Of a DNA stretch of 52,688 nucleotides, positions 18,166 to 28,677 are shown in pieces. Position numbers and translations under genes: made by a program. The stretch lies in IMG/VR virus record IMGVR_UViG_2531839667_000013; one strand, written 5' to 3'. The DNA comes from a virus (taxonomy: Duplodnaviria > Heunggongvirae > Uroviricota > Caudoviricetes). The stretch's first letter is position 1. Each line of letters opens with the position of its first letter. The notes under the pieces are model-generated. The model worked only from the letters and a program-made list of their open reading frames with translations. It did not search any database and was not told the DNA's origin.

Positions 18166-18675
18166 GTGGCTACGCAGACTGAAGTTGCCAGGCATTTAAG
18201 TCTGACCGATCGCCAGCTTCGCAGATTGCAGAAATTGCCGGGTGCCCCGATATCGAATAAGCGAGGGCAACTGGATCTGGATGCCTGGCGCGATTTTTAC
18301 ATATCGTATCTGAGGAGAAGTAAAAACGATGTGCCTGATGGCGATAGCGAAGACGACTATGAGGAGAAATTGCTTATTGCCAGATGGGAACTGACAGCAG
18401 AACAGGCTGTTACACAGCAGTTAAAAAATGAGGTGTCAAAAGGAAAACTTATTGACACCGGGTTCTGTATTTTTGCCCTCAGTAAGCTGGCAATGGCGTT
18501 ATCCAGTACGCTTGATTCCATCCCTTTATCCATGCAGCGACAGTTTCCTGATTTAACACCGCGCCATCTTGACCATCTGAAAACCCTTATTGCTAAGGGG
18601 GCAAATCAGTGTGCGCGGGCAGGGGATAAATTACCGGATTTACTCGATGAATATATCAGAGCAACAACTGAATAA
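18166..18675 (+). CDS. Terminase small subunit (Nu1-like)
   Basis: GTG start; C-terminal ...GFCIFALSKLAMALSSTLDSIPLSMQRQFPDLTPRHLDHLK... collinear with lambda Nu1. Confidence 0.9.
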   Translation: MATQTEVARHLSLTDRQLRRLQKLPGAPISNKRGQLDLDAWRDFYISYLRRSKNDVPDGDSEDDYEEKLLIARWELTAEQAVTQQLKNEVSKGKLIDTGFCIFALSKLAMALSSTLDSIPLSMQRQFPDLTPRHLDHLKTLIAKGANQCARAGDKLPDLLDEYIRATTE

Positions 18676-20575
18676 TATGATGGCTGCCGTTTCGGTTGCG
18701 CTGCAGCCTCTGGTCAGGGTTGTACCAATGACGGCAGTTGAATGGGCTGATCAAAATTATTATCTGCCTAAAGAATCTTCATATGGTGAGGGAGAATGGA
18801 AAACGCTGCCATTCCAGATCGCCATTATGAACTGTATGGGTAACGACCAGGTTCGCACGGTTAACCTGATTAAATCTGCCCGTGTTGGCTATACAAAGAT
18901 GTTGCTGGGGGTGGTCGGGTATTTTATTGAGCATAAATCCCGAAACAGTCTGCTTTTTCAGCCCACGGATTCTGCCGCTGAAGATTTTATGAAGTCTCAC
19001 GTGGAGGCGACGATTCGGAACGTGCCATGCCTGAAAGACCTTTCCCCATGGCTGGGTCGTAAACATCGTGACAATACTCTCACGCTGAAACGCTTTTCAT
19101 CGGGCGTCGGTTTCTGGTGCCTGGGCGGTGCAGCCGCCAAAAACTACCGTGAAAAATCCGTGGACGTGGTCTGCTATGACGAGCTTTCCTCGTTCGAGCC
19201 GGATGTCGAAAAAGAGGGCTCGCCAACCCTGCTGGGGGATAAGCGTATTGAGGGCTCTGTATGGCCAAAATCCATTCGCGGCTCGACGCCTAAAATCAAA
19301 GGTACCTGCCAGATCGAAAAAGCGGCCAACGAGTCGGCGCATTTCATGCGTTTCTATGTGCCCTGCCCGCACTGTGGGGAGGCGCAGTATCTGAAATTTG
19401 GCGATGAATCCACGCCTTTTGGCCTTAAATGGGAGAAGGACAGCCCCGAAAGCGTTTTCTACCTCTGTGAACATCATGGCTGCGTGATCCATCAGTCTGA
19501 GCTTGACCAGAGTAACGGGCGCTGGATCTGTGAAAACACGGGTATGTGGACCCGTGACGGCCTGATGTTTTTCAGCGCCCGGGGGGATGAAATTCCGCCG
19601 CCGCGCTCCATCACGTTCCATATCTGGACGGCGTACAGTCCGTTCACCACCTGGATACAGATAGTCTATGACTGGCTGGATGCACTGAAAGATCCCAACG
19701 GCCTGAAAACCTTTGTGAACACCACGCTGGGCGAGACCTGGGAAGAGGCCGTGGGCGAAAAACTCGATCACCAGGTACTGATGGATAAGGTGGTGCGTTA
19801 CACGGCGGCGGTGCCTGCCCGGGTGGTTTATCTGACGGCGGGCATTGACTCGCAGCGAAACCGTTTTGAGATGTATGTCTGGGGATGGGCACCGGGAGAG
19901 GAAGCCTTTCTGGTGGATAAAATCATCATTATGGGCCGTCCCGATGAGGAAGAGACGCTGTTACGTGTGGATGCGGCGATCAACAAAAAATACTGCCATG
20001 CAGACGGAACCGAAATGACCATTTCCCGTGTCTGCTGGGACACCGGGGGGATCGATGGTGAAATTGTCTATCAGAGGTCAAAAAAACACGGTGTTTTCCG
20101 GGTGCTGCCGGTAAAAGGCGCATCTGTCTATGGCAAGCCGGTGATCACCATGCCGAAAACCCGCAATCAGCGGGGCGTGTATCTGTGTGAAGTGGGGACG
20201 GACACCGCAAAAGAAATTCTCTATGCCCGTATGAAAGCCGATCCCACTCCTGCGGATGAAGCCACGTCGTATGCCATCCGTTTTCCTGATGATCCGGAGA
20301 TTTTTTCGCAGACAGAGGCGCAGCAACTGGTCGCGGAAGAGCTTGTGGAGAAGTGGGAAAAAGGAAAGATGCGTCTGCTGTGGGATAACAAAAAGCGGCG
20401 TAACGAAGCGCTGGACTGCCTGGTGTATGCCTACGCGGCATTACGTGTGTCCGTGCAACGCTGGCAGCTTGATCTGGCTGTACTGGCAAAATCCCGGGAA
20501 GAAGAGACGACCCGGCCAACCCTGAAAGAACTGGCAGCGAAGCTGTCCGGAGGAGTGAATGGTTACAGTCGCTGA
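18647..20575 (+). CDS. Terminase large subunit (gpA-like)
   Basis: MNISEQQL...TAVEWADQNYYLPKES...KSARVGYTKMLLGV... collinear with lambda A; overlaps Nu1 end. Confidence 0.95.
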   Translation: MNISEQQLNNMMAAVSVALQPLVRVVPMTAVEWADQNYYLPKESSYGEGEWKTLPFQIAIMNCMGNDQVRTVNLIKSARVGYTKMLLGVVGYFIEHKSRNSLLFQPTDSAAEDFMKSHVEATIRNVPCLKDLSPWLGRKHRDNTLTLKRFSSGVGFWCLGGAAAKNYREKSVDVVCYDELSSFEPDVEKEGSPTLLGDKRIEGSVWPKSIRGSTPKIKGTCQIEKAANESAHFMRFYVPCPHCGEAQYLKFGDESTPFGLKWEKDSPESVFYLCEHHGCVIHQSELDQSNGRWICENTGMWTRDGLMFFSARGDEIPPPRSITFHIWTAYSPFTTWIQIVYDWLDALKDPNGLKTFVNTTLGETWEEAVGEKLDHQVLMDKVVRYTAAVPARVVYLTAGIDSQRNRFEMYVWGWAPGEEAFLVDKIIIMGRPDEEETLLRVDAAINKKYCHADGTEMTISRVCWDTGGIDGEIVYQRSKKHGVFRVLPVKGASVYGKPVITMPKTRNQRGVYLCEVGTDTAKEILYARMKADPTPADEATSYAIRFPDDPEIFSQTEAQQLVAEELVEKWEKGKMRLLWDNKKRRNEALDCLVYAYAALRVSVQRWQLDLAVLAKSREEETTRPTLKELAAKLSGGVNGYSR

Positions 20576-20765
20576 ACTACAGGCGCTACGTCAGGCGCGC
20601 CTTGATTTATTAACCGGTAAACGGGTGGTGTCTGTCCAGAAAGATGGTCGCAGAATTGAATATACGGCGGCTTCTCTGGATGAGCTTAACCGGGCGATCA
20701 ATGATGCGGAGTCGGTACTGGGGACAACCCGACGTCGCCGTCGTCCGCTGGGAGTGAGGTTATGA
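20559..20765 (+). CDS. Head-tail joining protein W
   Basis: LLTGKRVVSVQKDGRRIEYTAASLDEL matches lambda gpW. Confidence 0.9.
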   Translation: MVTVAELQALRQARLDLLTGKRVVSVQKDGRRIEYTAASLDELNRAINDAESVLGTTRRRRRPLGVRL

Positions 20766-22354
20766 AACGAACGCCTGTCCTGATTGATGTGAACGGCGTT
20801 CCGCTTCGTGAGAGTCTCAGCTACAACGGGGGCGGCGCAGGATTTGGCGGGCAAATGGCGGAGTGGTTGCCACCGGCGCAGAGTGCCGATGCAGCCCTGC
20901 TGCCTGCGTTGCGTCTGGGGAATGCCCGGGCAGATGATCTGGTGCGCAATAACGGGATAGCGGCCAATGCGGTGGCCCTGCATAAGGATCATATTGTCGG
21001 GCATATGTTTCTGATCAGCTACCGTCCGAACTGGCGCTGGCTGGGGATGCGGGAGACTGCGGCAAAAAGTTTTGTCGATGAGGTGGAGGCGGCCTGGTCG
21101 GAATACGCCGAAGGGATGTCTGGCGAGATCGACGTGGAAGAGAAACGCACGTTTACGGAATTTATTCGTGAAGGTGTGGGCGTTCATGCGTTTAACGGCG
21201 AAATCTTTGTGCAGCCGGTCTGGGATACGGAGAGCACGCAACTGTTTCGTACGCGTTTTAAAGCCGTGAGTCCGAAACGGGTGGACACGCCAGGACACGG
21301 TATGGGGAACCGTTTTCTGCGGGCCGGTGTGGAGGTCGATCGATATGGTCGTGCCGTTGCGTACCATATCTGTGAGGATGATTTTCCGTTCTCTGGGAGT
21401 GGACGATGGGAACGGATCCCGCGTGAACTTCCCACCGGGCGTCCGGCCATGCTGCATATTTTCGAGCCGGTGGAGGACGGGCAGACCCGTGGGGCCAATC
21501 AGTTTTACAGCGTAATGGAACGGCTGAAGATGCTCGATTCCCTGCAGGCAACACAGCTTCAGTCGGCCATAGTGAAGGCGATGTATGCAGCGACGATTGA
21601 AAGTGACCTTGATACCGAAAAGGCCTTTGAATATATCGCCGGTGCGCCGCAGGGGCAGAAGGATAATCCGCTTATTAATATTCTGGATAAGTTCTCCACC
21701 TGGTATGACACGAATAGCGTGACGCTGGGCGGTGTCAAAATTCCGCACCTTTTCCCCGGTGATGATCTGAAACTTCAGACCGCGCAGGATTCAGACAATG
21801 GATTTTCGGCGCTTGAACAGGCGCTGCTGCGGTATATCGCCGCCGGTCTTGGCGTTTCCTACGAACAGTTGTCCCGTGATTACTCGAAGGTCAGTTATTC
21901 AAGTGCCCGCGCATCCGCCAATGAGTCGTGGCGCTATTTTATGGGGCGGCGAAAATTTATTGCGTCCCGGCTGGCCACGCAGATGTTTTCCTGCTGGCTG
22001 GAAGAGGCACTTCTTCGGGGGATTATTCGTCCGCCACGGGCACGTTTTGATTTTTATCAGGCGCGATCAGCCTGGTCACGGGCTGAGTGGATTGGAGCCG
22101 GAAGAATGGCCATTGACGGGCTCAAGGAGGTTCAGGAATCAGTGATGCGCATTGAGGCCGGACTGAGCACGTATGAGAAAGAGCTGGCGCTGATGGGCGA
22201 GGATTATCAGGACATTTTCCGCCAGCAGGTCAGGGAATCTGCAGAGCGGGAAAAAGCCGGACTCTCACGTCCGGTGTGGATAGCGCAGGCGTATCAGCAG
22301 CAGATAGCGGAGAGTCGCAGGCCGGAAGAGGAGACAACACCACGTGAGACGTAA
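20762..22354 (+). CDS. Portal protein (gpB-like)
   Basis: Size (530 aa), position and sequence collinear with lambda B. Confidence 0.95.
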   Translation: MKRTPVLIDVNGVPLRESLSYNGGGAGFGGQMAEWLPPAQSADAALLPALRLGNARADDLVRNNGIAANAVALHKDHIVGHMFLISYRPNWRWLGMRETAAKSFVDEVEAAWSEYAEGMSGEIDVEEKRTFTEFIREGVGVHAFNGEIFVQPVWDTESTQLFRTRFKAVSPKRVDTPGHGMGNRFLRAGVEVDRYGRAVAYHICEDDFPFSGSGRWERIPRELPTGRPAMLHIFEPVEDGQTRGANQFYSVMERLKMLDSLQATQLQSAIVKAMYAATIESDLDTEKAFEYIAGAPQGQKDNPLINILDKFSTWYDTNSVTLGGVKIPHLFPGDDLKLQTAQDSDNGFSALEQALLRYIAAGLGVSYEQLSRDYSKVSYSSARASANESWRYFMGRRKFIASRLATQMFSCWLEEALLRGIIRPPRARFDFYQARSAWSRAEWIGAGRMAIDGLKEVQESVMRIEAGLSTYEKELALMGEDYQDIFRQQVRESAEREKAGLSRPVWIAQAYQQQIAESRRPEEETTPRET

Positions 22355-23849
22355 TCTTTCACACATTATTGCCGCAGCATTCAATGAACCGCTGCTTCTG
22401 GAGCCCGCCTATGCGCGGGTTTTCTTTTGCGCGCTCGGGCGCGAGATGGGGGCAGCAAGTCTTTCGGTACCACAACAGCAGGTACAGCTTGATGCTCCCG
22501 GAATGCTGGCTGAAACGGACGAGTACATGGCCGGAGGTAAACGACCGGCCCGTGTTTACCGGGTGGTGAACGGTATTGCGGTACTGCCGGTGACCGGCAC
22601 GCTGGTGCACCGGCTGGGGGGGATGCGGCCATTTTCCGGAATGACTGGCTATGACGGCATTGTCGCCTGTCTTCAGCAGGCAATGGCAGATAGCCAGGTG
22701 CGGGGCATACTGCTGGACATTGACAGTCCGGGCGGGCAGGCCGCCGGCGCGTTTGACTGCGCTGACATGATTTACCGCCTCCGTCAGCAGAAGCCGGTCT
22801 GGGCACTGTGCAATGACACGGCCTGTTCTGCAGCCATGCTGCTGGCGTCGGCCTGCTCCCGACGGCTGGTTACCCAGACATCCCGTATCGGCTCCATTGG
22901 CGTGATGATGAGCCATGTCAGCTATGCCGGTCATCTGGCGCAGGCCGGTGTGGATATCACGCTGATTTACTCAGGGGCGCACAAGGTGGATGGCAATCAG
23001 TTTGAAGCCTTACCGGCAGAGGTTCGCCAGGACATGCAGCAGCGCATTGATGCGGCGCGCCGGATGTTTGCCGAAAAAGTGGCGATGTTTACCGGTCTGT
23101 CTGTTGATGCCGTCACGGGAACAGAGGCCGCCGTTTTTGAAGGTCAGTCCGGCATTGAGGCCGGGCTGGCGGATGAATTAGTCAATGCGTCGGATGCCAT
23201 CAGTGTGATGGCCACGGCGCTGAACAGTAATGTCAGAGGAGGCACTATGCCGCAATTAACTGCAACGGAAGCCGCCGCGCAGGAGAACCAGCGAGTGATG
23301 GGGATCCTGACATGCCAGGAAGCGAAAGGACGTGAACAGCTTGCCACGATGCTGGCAGGACAACAGGGCATGAGCGTTGCACAGGCCCGGGCGATTCTGG
23401 CCGCGGCGGCACCGCAGCAGCCGGTGGCATCCACGCAGAGTGAAGCCGATCGCATTATGGCGTGTGAAGAAGCGAACGGTCGTGAACAACTGGCGGCAAC
23501 GCTGGCGGCGATGCCGGAGATGACGGTGGAAAAAGCCCGCCCGATCCTGGCTGCTTCACCGCAGGCGGATGCCGGACCCTCACTCCGTGATCAGATCATG
23601 GCACTGGATGAGGCAAAAGGGGCTGAGGCGCAGGCTGAACAACTGGCTGCCTGCCCGGGAATGACTGTGGAGAGCGCCCGGGCTGTGCTGGCTGCGGGAT
23701 CAGGTAAGGCAGAACCGGTCTCTGCATCCACAACCGCCCTGTTTGAACGCATCATGGCGAACCATTCACCGGCAGCGGTACAGGGTGGCGTGCCACAGAC
23801 GTCAGCAGACGGTGATGCGGACGTGAAAATGCTCATGGCCATGCCATGA
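22344..23849 (+). CDS. Head maturation protease C (S49/ClpP-like) with nested Nu3-like scaffold region carrying three tandem ~38-aa repeats
   Basis: AFNEPLLLEPAYARVFFCAL...GIAVLPVTGTL...KPVWALCNDTACSAAMLLASACSRRLVTQTSRIGSIGVMM collinear with lambda C. Confidence 0.9.
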   Translation: MRRNLSHIIAAAFNEPLLLEPAYARVFFCALGREMGAASLSVPQQQVQLDAPGMLAETDEYMAGGKRPARVYRVVNGIAVLPVTGTLVHRLGGMRPFSGMTGYDGIVACLQQAMADSQVRGILLDIDSPGGQAAGAFDCADMIYRLRQQKPVWALCNDTACSAAMLLASACSRRLVTQTSRIGSIGVMMSHVSYAGHLAQAGVDITLIYSGAHKVDGNQFEALPAEVRQDMQQRIDAARRMFAEKVAMFTGLSVDAVTGTEAAVFEGQSGIEAGLADELVNASDAISVMATALNSNVRGGTMPQLTATEAAAQENQRVMGILTCQEAKGREQLATMLAGQQGMSVAQARAILAAAAPQQPVASTQSEADRIMACEEANGREQLAATLAAMPEMTVEKARPILAASPQADAGPSLRDQIMALDEAKGAEAQAEQLAACPGMTVESARAVLAAGSGKAEPVSASTTALFERIMANHSPAAVQGGVPQTSADGDADVKMLMAMP

Positions 23850-23885
23850 AGTCAGTGCTGATCATCAACAGGAGGTTTTTACAAT

Positions 23886-24233
23886 ATGGTAACGAAAACC
23901 ATCACTGAACAGCGTGCGGAAGTACGTATTTTTGCCGGTAATGATCCGGCTCATACCGCCACAGGCAGCAGCGGGATTTCCTCGGCAACACCGGCACTGA
24001 CGCCCCTGATGCTGGATGAAGCCAGCGGGAAACTGGTGGTCTGGGACGGACAGAAAGCCGGTAGTGCAGTTGGCATACTGGTACTGCCGCTTGAAGGCAC
24101 AGAGACGGTACTGACCTATTACAAGTCGGGGACCTTTGCGACGGAGGCAATCCGCTGGCCTGAAAGTGTGGATGAACACAAAAAGGCAAATGCCTTTGCC
24201 GGCAGTGCCCTGAGTCACGCGGCGCTGCCGTAA
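23886..24233 (+). CDS. Head decoration protein D
   Basis: NDPAHTATGSSG...TPLMLDEASGKLVVWDG...YYKSGTF matches lambda gpD. Confidence 0.9.
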   Translation: MVTKTITEQRAEVRIFAGNDPAHTATGSSGISSATPALTPLMLDEASGKLVVWDGQKAGSAVGILVLPLEGTETVLTYYKSGTFATEAIRWPESVDEHKKANAFAGSALSHAALP

Positions 24234-24290
24234 CACGTTATCAGGCCACCGCGGTGGCCTGACTGATTTCTGAATGAAAGGAACTGATTT

Positions 24291-25319
24291 ATGGGATTGT
24301 TTACGACCCGCCAGTTACTCGGTTATACCGAACAAAAAGTGAAATTTCGTGCGCTGTTTCTGGAGCTGTTTTTCCGCCGTACGGTGAATTTCCATACCGA
24401 AGAGGTGATGCTGGACAAAATTACCGGAAAAACGCCGGTGGCGGCCTATGTCTCCCCGGTTGTTGAAGGAAAAGTGCTGCGTCATCGTGGTGGTGAAACC
24501 CGCGTGTTACGTCCGGGCTACGTCAAGCCGAAACACGAATTTAATTACCAGCAGGCGGTTGAGCGCCTTCCTGGTGAAGATCCGGCTCAACTGAACGATC
24601 CGGCTTACCGCCGTCTGCGTATCATTACCGATAACCTCAAACAGGAAGAGCACGCGATTGTCCAGGTGGAAGAAATACAGGCGGTAAATGCTGTGTTGTA
24701 TGGCAAATATACGATGGAAGGAGACCAGTTCGAGAAAATTGAGGTCGATTTTGGCAGGTCGACGAAGAATAACATCACTCAGGGTAGTGGTAAGGAGTGG
24801 TCAAAACAGGATCGTGACACGTTCGATCCTACACATGATCTTGACCTCTACTGCGACCAGGCCAGCGGTCTTGTGAATATTGCCATTATGGACGGTACCG
24901 TCTGGCGTCTTCTGAATGGTTTTAAGCTGTTCCGCGAAAAACTGGATACCCGTCGCGGTTCAAATTCTCAACTCGAAACGGCAGTGAAAGATCTGGGCGC
25001 AGTGGTGTCCTTCAAGGGGTATTACGGCGATCTGGCCATTGTGGTGGCGAAAACGTCTTATATAGCAGAAGACGGTATCGAAAAACGTTATCTGCCGGAG
25101 GGCATGCTGGTTCTGGGGAATACTGCTGCAGATGGGATCCGTTGTTACGGTGCCATTCAGGATGCGCAGGCGTTGTCCGAAGGTGTGGTGGCCTCTTCCC
25201 GTTATCCGAAACACTGGCTGACGGTGGGGGATCCCGCCCGTGAATTTACCATGACGCAGTCCGCGCCGCTGATGGTGTTGCCGGACCCGGATGAGTTTGT
25301 GGTGGTACAGGTGAAATAA
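24291..25319 (+). CDS. Major capsid protein E
   Basis: MGLFTTRQLLGYTEQKVKFRALFLELFF... 342 aa, collinear with lambda gpE. Confidence 0.95.
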   Translation: MGLFTTRQLLGYTEQKVKFRALFLELFFRRTVNFHTEEVMLDKITGKTPVAAYVSPVVEGKVLRHRGGETRVLRPGYVKPKHEFNYQQAVERLPGEDPAQLNDPAYRRLRIITDNLKQEEHAIVQVEEIQAVNAVLYGKYTMEGDQFEKIEVDFGRSTKNNITQGSGKEWSKQDRDTFDPTHDLDLYCDQASGLVNIAIMDGTVWRLLNGFKLFREKLDTRRGSNSQLETAVKDLGAVVSFKGYYGDLAIVVAKTSYIAEDGIEKRYLPEGMLVLGNTAADGIRCYGAIQDAQALSEGVVASSRYPKHWLTVGDPAREFTMTQSAPLMVLPDPDEFVVVQVK

Positions 25320-25370
25320 TCCGTGAGCGGGGGCGAAATGCCCCCGTGTCTTTTTTCACAGGGGGCTGAT

Positions 25371-25745
25371 ATGGCAACGAAAGAGCAAAATCTGAAACGG
25401 CTTGATGAACTGGCCCTGATTCTGGGGCGTGAGCCGGATATATCCGGGAGTGCCGCAGAGATAGCGCAGCGGGTGGCGGAATGGGAAGAGGAAATACAGT
25501 CATCCGGCGAGGATGTTCAGGTTGGGGATACGGTGATCCGGGAGCGGGAAACCGCGGCTCATGATGTTCGTGAGGATACATCCGGTGCGTTAACGCGCAT
25601 CAGAGTTCTGACCTGCCTCCATCTCTGTGGCATTGATGGTGAAACAGGGGAATCCGTTGAGATTGCGGATGTTGGTCGGGTGATTCTGATTATGTCCTCA
25701 GATGCAAAAACACACGTTGATGGCGGAATGGCTGTTTATGCGTGA
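25371..25745 (+). CDS. DNA-packaging protein FI
   Basis: Position between E and FII; ATG 25371 with GGGGG RBS; size about 124 aa. Confidence 0.75.
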   Translation: MATKEQNLKRLDELALILGREPDISGSAAEIAQRVAEWEEEIQSSGEDVQVGDTVIRERETAAHDVREDTSGALTRIRVLTCLHLCGIDGETGESVEIADVGRVILIMSSDAKTHVDGGMAVYA

Positions 25746-26091
25746 TTTTCAGAATGCCTTTGATGCTGCCCTTGCCGGGGTGGACAGTACGATTGTTGAA
25801 GTGATGGGGCTCTGTGCACAGTTCACCTCGGGGGCACAGTGTGGCGGAGAAGTTCAGGGGGTTTTTGACGATCCGGAGTCGCTGGGATTTGCCGGTAGCG
25901 GGGTCCGTATTGAAGGAAGCAGCCCGTCATTATTTGTGCGGACGGATACGGTTCGTGCTGTGCGGCGTGGTGACACGCTGACCATTAATGGTGAGACGTT
26001 CTGGGTGGATCGTGTTTCTCCGGATGACGGGGGCAGCTGTTATCTCTGGCTCAACCGTGGGCAACCACCCGCCGTTAACCGGCGACGATAA
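25738..26091 (+). CDS. Head closure / head-tail joining protein FII
   Basis: GVFDDPESLGFAGSGVRIEGSSPSLFVRTD...WVDRVSPDDGGSCYLWL..PPAVNRRR matches lambda FII. Confidence 0.9.
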   Translation: MRDFQNAFDAALAGVDSTIVEVMGLCAQFTSGAQCGGEVQGVFDDPESLGFAGSGVRIEGSSPSLFVRTDTVRAVRRGDTLTINGETFWVDRVSPDDGGSCYLWLNRGQPPAVNRRR

Positions 26092-26106
26092 ACGCAGGGT
26101 GAAATT

Positions 26107-26640
26107 ATGGCGATAAAAGGGCTTGAGCAGGCGATTGATAATCTGAGCCGGGTTCGTAAAAACGCCATTCCGGCGGCTTCTGCAATGACCATTAACCGCG
26201 TGGCCACAACGGCGATTAATCAGTCTTCATCACAGGTTGCCCGGGAAACCAGGGTGAGACGGAAACTGGTTAAGGAACGGTCCAGGCTGAAACGGGCCAC
26301 GGTCAGAAATCCGAATGCCAGAATTATCGTTAACCGCGGTGATCTCCCGGTGATTAAGCTGGGGATCAGGATGCCGGGGCGTCGTCCGGACAGCATACTC
26401 AAAGCCGGTCAGCATCGTTATCAGCGGGCATTTATTCAGCGATTAAAAAATGGTCGCTGGCATGTCATGCAGCGTGTGGTCGGGAAAAACCGTTACCCCA
26501 TTGATGTGGTGAAAATCCCGATGGCGGCCCCACTGAAACAGGCGTTTGATGAGAATGTTGACCGTATCCGGCGTGAACGTCTGCCCGGAGAACTGGCATA
26601 CGCGCTGAAACAACAACTGAGGATTGCGATAAAACGATGA
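26107..26640 (+). CDS. Minor tail protein Z
   Basis: MAIKGLEQAIDNLSRV... collinear with lambda Z. Confidence 0.9.
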   Translation: MAIKGLEQAIDNLSRVRKNAIPAASAMTINRVATTAINQSSSQVARETRVRRKLVKERSRLKRATVRNPNARIIVNRGDLPVIKLGIRMPGRRPDSILKAGQHRYQRAFIQRLKNGRWHVMQRVVGKNRYPIDVVKIPMAAPLKQAFDENVDRIRRERLPGELAYALKQQLRIAIKR

Positions 26641-27032
26641 AACATACTGATATCCGTGCTGCAGTGCTGGATGCACTGGAGCTGCATGAACACGGGGCGA
26701 CGCTGTTTGATGGTCGCCCCGTTGTTTTTGACGAAGAGGATTTTCCCGCGGTCGCGGTTTATCTGACGGATGCAGAGTATACCGGTGAAGAGCTGGATGC
26801 AGATACCTGGCGGGCCACACTGCATATTGAGGTGTTTTTACCAGCACAGGTACCGGATTCGGAGCTGGATTCGTGGATGGAAAGCCGGATTTATCCGGCG
26901 ATGACTGCGATCCCGGCACTGGCAGACCTGATTACCACGATGGTTACGCAGGGCTATGAGTATCGTCGTGATGACGATATGGCGTTATGGAGTTCTGCGG
27001 ATCTGACTTATTCCATTACATACGAGATGTGA
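26637..27032 (+). CDS. Tail terminator protein U
   Basis: Position and size (131 aa); ATGA overlap with Z. Confidence 0.9.
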   Translation: MKHTDIRAAVLDALELHEHGATLFDGRPVVFDEEDFPAVAVYLTDAEYTGEELDADTWRATLHIEVFLPAQVPDSELDSWMESRIYPAMTAIPALADLITTMVTQGYEYRRDDDMALWSSADLTYSITYEM

Positions 27033-27039
27033 GGACGAT

Positions 27040-27792
27040 ATGTCAACACCAAATCCCCTTGAGCCGGTAAAAGGTGCCGGTACCACCCTGTGGGTTTATA
27101 ACGGTCAGGGTGACGCCTATGCAAACCCGTTGTCAGACGATGACTGGCAGCGACTGGCTAAGGTGAAGGATCTGACGCCGGGCGAGATGACGGCAGAACC
27201 CTACGATGATAACTACCTGGATGATGAAGACGCGGACTGGACCGCGACCGGGCAGGGGCAGAAGTCTGCAGGAGATACCAGTTTTACGCTGGCCTGGAAA
27301 CCGGGAGAAGAAGGTCAGAAAGGGCTTATAGGCTGGTTTGAAAGCGGGGATGTGCGGGCCTATAAAATCCGTTTTCCGAACGGCACGGTGGATGTGTTTC
27401 GTGGCTGGGTCAGCAGTATCGGTAAGGCCGTGACGGCGAAAGAAGTGATCACCCGCACGGTGAAAGTGACCAACGTGGGCAAACCTTCTGTAGCGGAAGA
27501 ACGCAGCAAAATTACGCCGGTCACTGCGATTAAGGTGACGCCGACATCCGGTACGGTGGCAAAAGGGAAAACAACCACCCTGACGGTTTCTTTTGAGCCG
27601 GAAAGTGCAACCGACAAGACGTTCAGAGCGGTTTCCGCCGATCCGTCGAAAGCCACCATTAGTGTGAAAGATATGACAATTACGGTAAACGGCGTGGCGA
27701 CAGGTAAGGTGCAGATCCCTGTGGTGAGCGGAAATGGTCAGTTCGCCGCAGTGGCTGAAGTCACCGTTACTGAAGCGGGCGCTGCAGGGTAA
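27040..27792 (+). CDS. Major tail tube protein V with C-terminal Ig-like domain
   Basis: Position and size; C-terminal Ig-like segment ([21 protein letters not shown]). Confidence 0.9.
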   Translation: MSTPNPLEPVKGAGTTLWVYNGQGDAYANPLSDDDWQRLAKVKDLTPGEMTAEPYDDNYLDDEDADWTATGQGQKSAGDTSFTLAWKPGEEGQKGLIGWFESGDVRAYKIRFPNGTVDVFRGWVSSIGKAVTAKEVITRTVKVTNVGKPSVAEERSKITPVTAIKVTPTSGTVAKGKTTTLTVSFEPESATDKTFRAVSADPSKATISVKDMTITVNGVATGKVQIPVVSGNGQFAAVAEVTVTEAGAAG

Positions 27793-27805
27793 ACGGAGGT
27801 AATAC

Positions 27806-28237
27806 ATGTTTCTGAAAACAGAACAATTTGAATATAACGGTGTGTCCGTCACGCTTTCCGAATTGTCTGCGCTGCAGCGTATTGAGCATCTTGCCCTCCT
27901 GAAACGGCGTGCAGAACAGGCAGAATCCAGCGGCAACCTGCAGGTAAGCGTGGAAGATCTCGTCAGAACCGGCGCGTTTCTGGTGGCGATGTCCCTGTGG
28001 CATAACCATCCGCAGAAAACGGCATCACCGTCAATGAATGAGGCTGTGATGCAGATCGAACAGGAGGTGCTCACCACCTGGCCTGCGGATGCCATTGCCC
28101 GGGCGGAAGATGTGGTGTTGCGTCTGTCCGGGATGAGCGGGGCTGTTCATGCGGATACTGACAGCACCGAAGTGGCGAAAAATAACGCGCTGACTGATGA
28201 TGATTTTTCTGCGGGAAAGTCTTCGACGGCGAGCTGA
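27806..28237 (+). CDS. Tail assembly chaperone G
   Basis: MFLKTEQFEYNGVSVTLSELSALQRIEHLALLKRRAEQAES... matches lambda G. Confidence 0.9.
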   Translation: MFLKTEQFEYNGVSVTLSELSALQRIEHLALLKRRAEQAESSGNLQVSVEDLVRTGAFLVAMSLWHNHPQKTASPSMNEAVMQIEQEVLTTWPADAIARAEDVVLRLSGMSGAVHADTDSTEVAKNNALTDDDFSAGKSSTAS

Positions 28238-28677
28238 ATTTTGCCCTCAGACTGGCGCGTGAGATGGGGAGGCCTGACTGGCGCGCCATGCTTGCCGGGA
28301 TGACATCCACCGAATATGCCGACTGGCGACATTTTTACCGTACGCATTATTTTCTCGATACCCAACTGGATATGCATTTTTCCGGGCTGACGTACGCCGT
28401 ACTCAGCCTGTTTTTTTGCGATCCGGATATGCATCCCTCTGATTTCAGTCTGCTTGCCCCCCGGCGTGAGGAAGCGCAGACGGAGATGCCGGATGAGGAA
28501 AAAATGCTGATGCAGAAAGCGGCAGGACTTGCCGGAGGCGTCCGGTTTGGTGGGGACGGAGGGCGTGAGATTTTATCGTCTGCGGATGTGGCGGATGTCA
28601 GCGAGGATGATGTCGCATTAATGATGGCTTCAGCGGGGATTTCCGGAGGTGTGAGATATGTCCCAGCCGGTTGGTGA
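27806..28677 (+). CDS. Tail assembly chaperone G-T fusion made by programmed -1 frameshift at GGGAAAG (28213-28219)
   Basis: Slippery heptamer G GGA AAG in the G frame; the -1 frame is open from 28213 and reads GKVFDGELNFALRLAREMGRPDW..., matching lambda T. Confidence 0.8.

Noticed and set aside
19097-19771. 224-aa minus-strand ORF inside the terminase large subunit gene
   Set aside because: Antisense artefact
20591-21748. 385-aa minus-strand ORF overlapping W and the portal gene
   Set aside because: Antisense to strongly supported structural genes; no RBS or homology
27133-28095. 320-aa minus-strand ORF across V and G
   Set aside because: Antisense artefact within conserved tail genes
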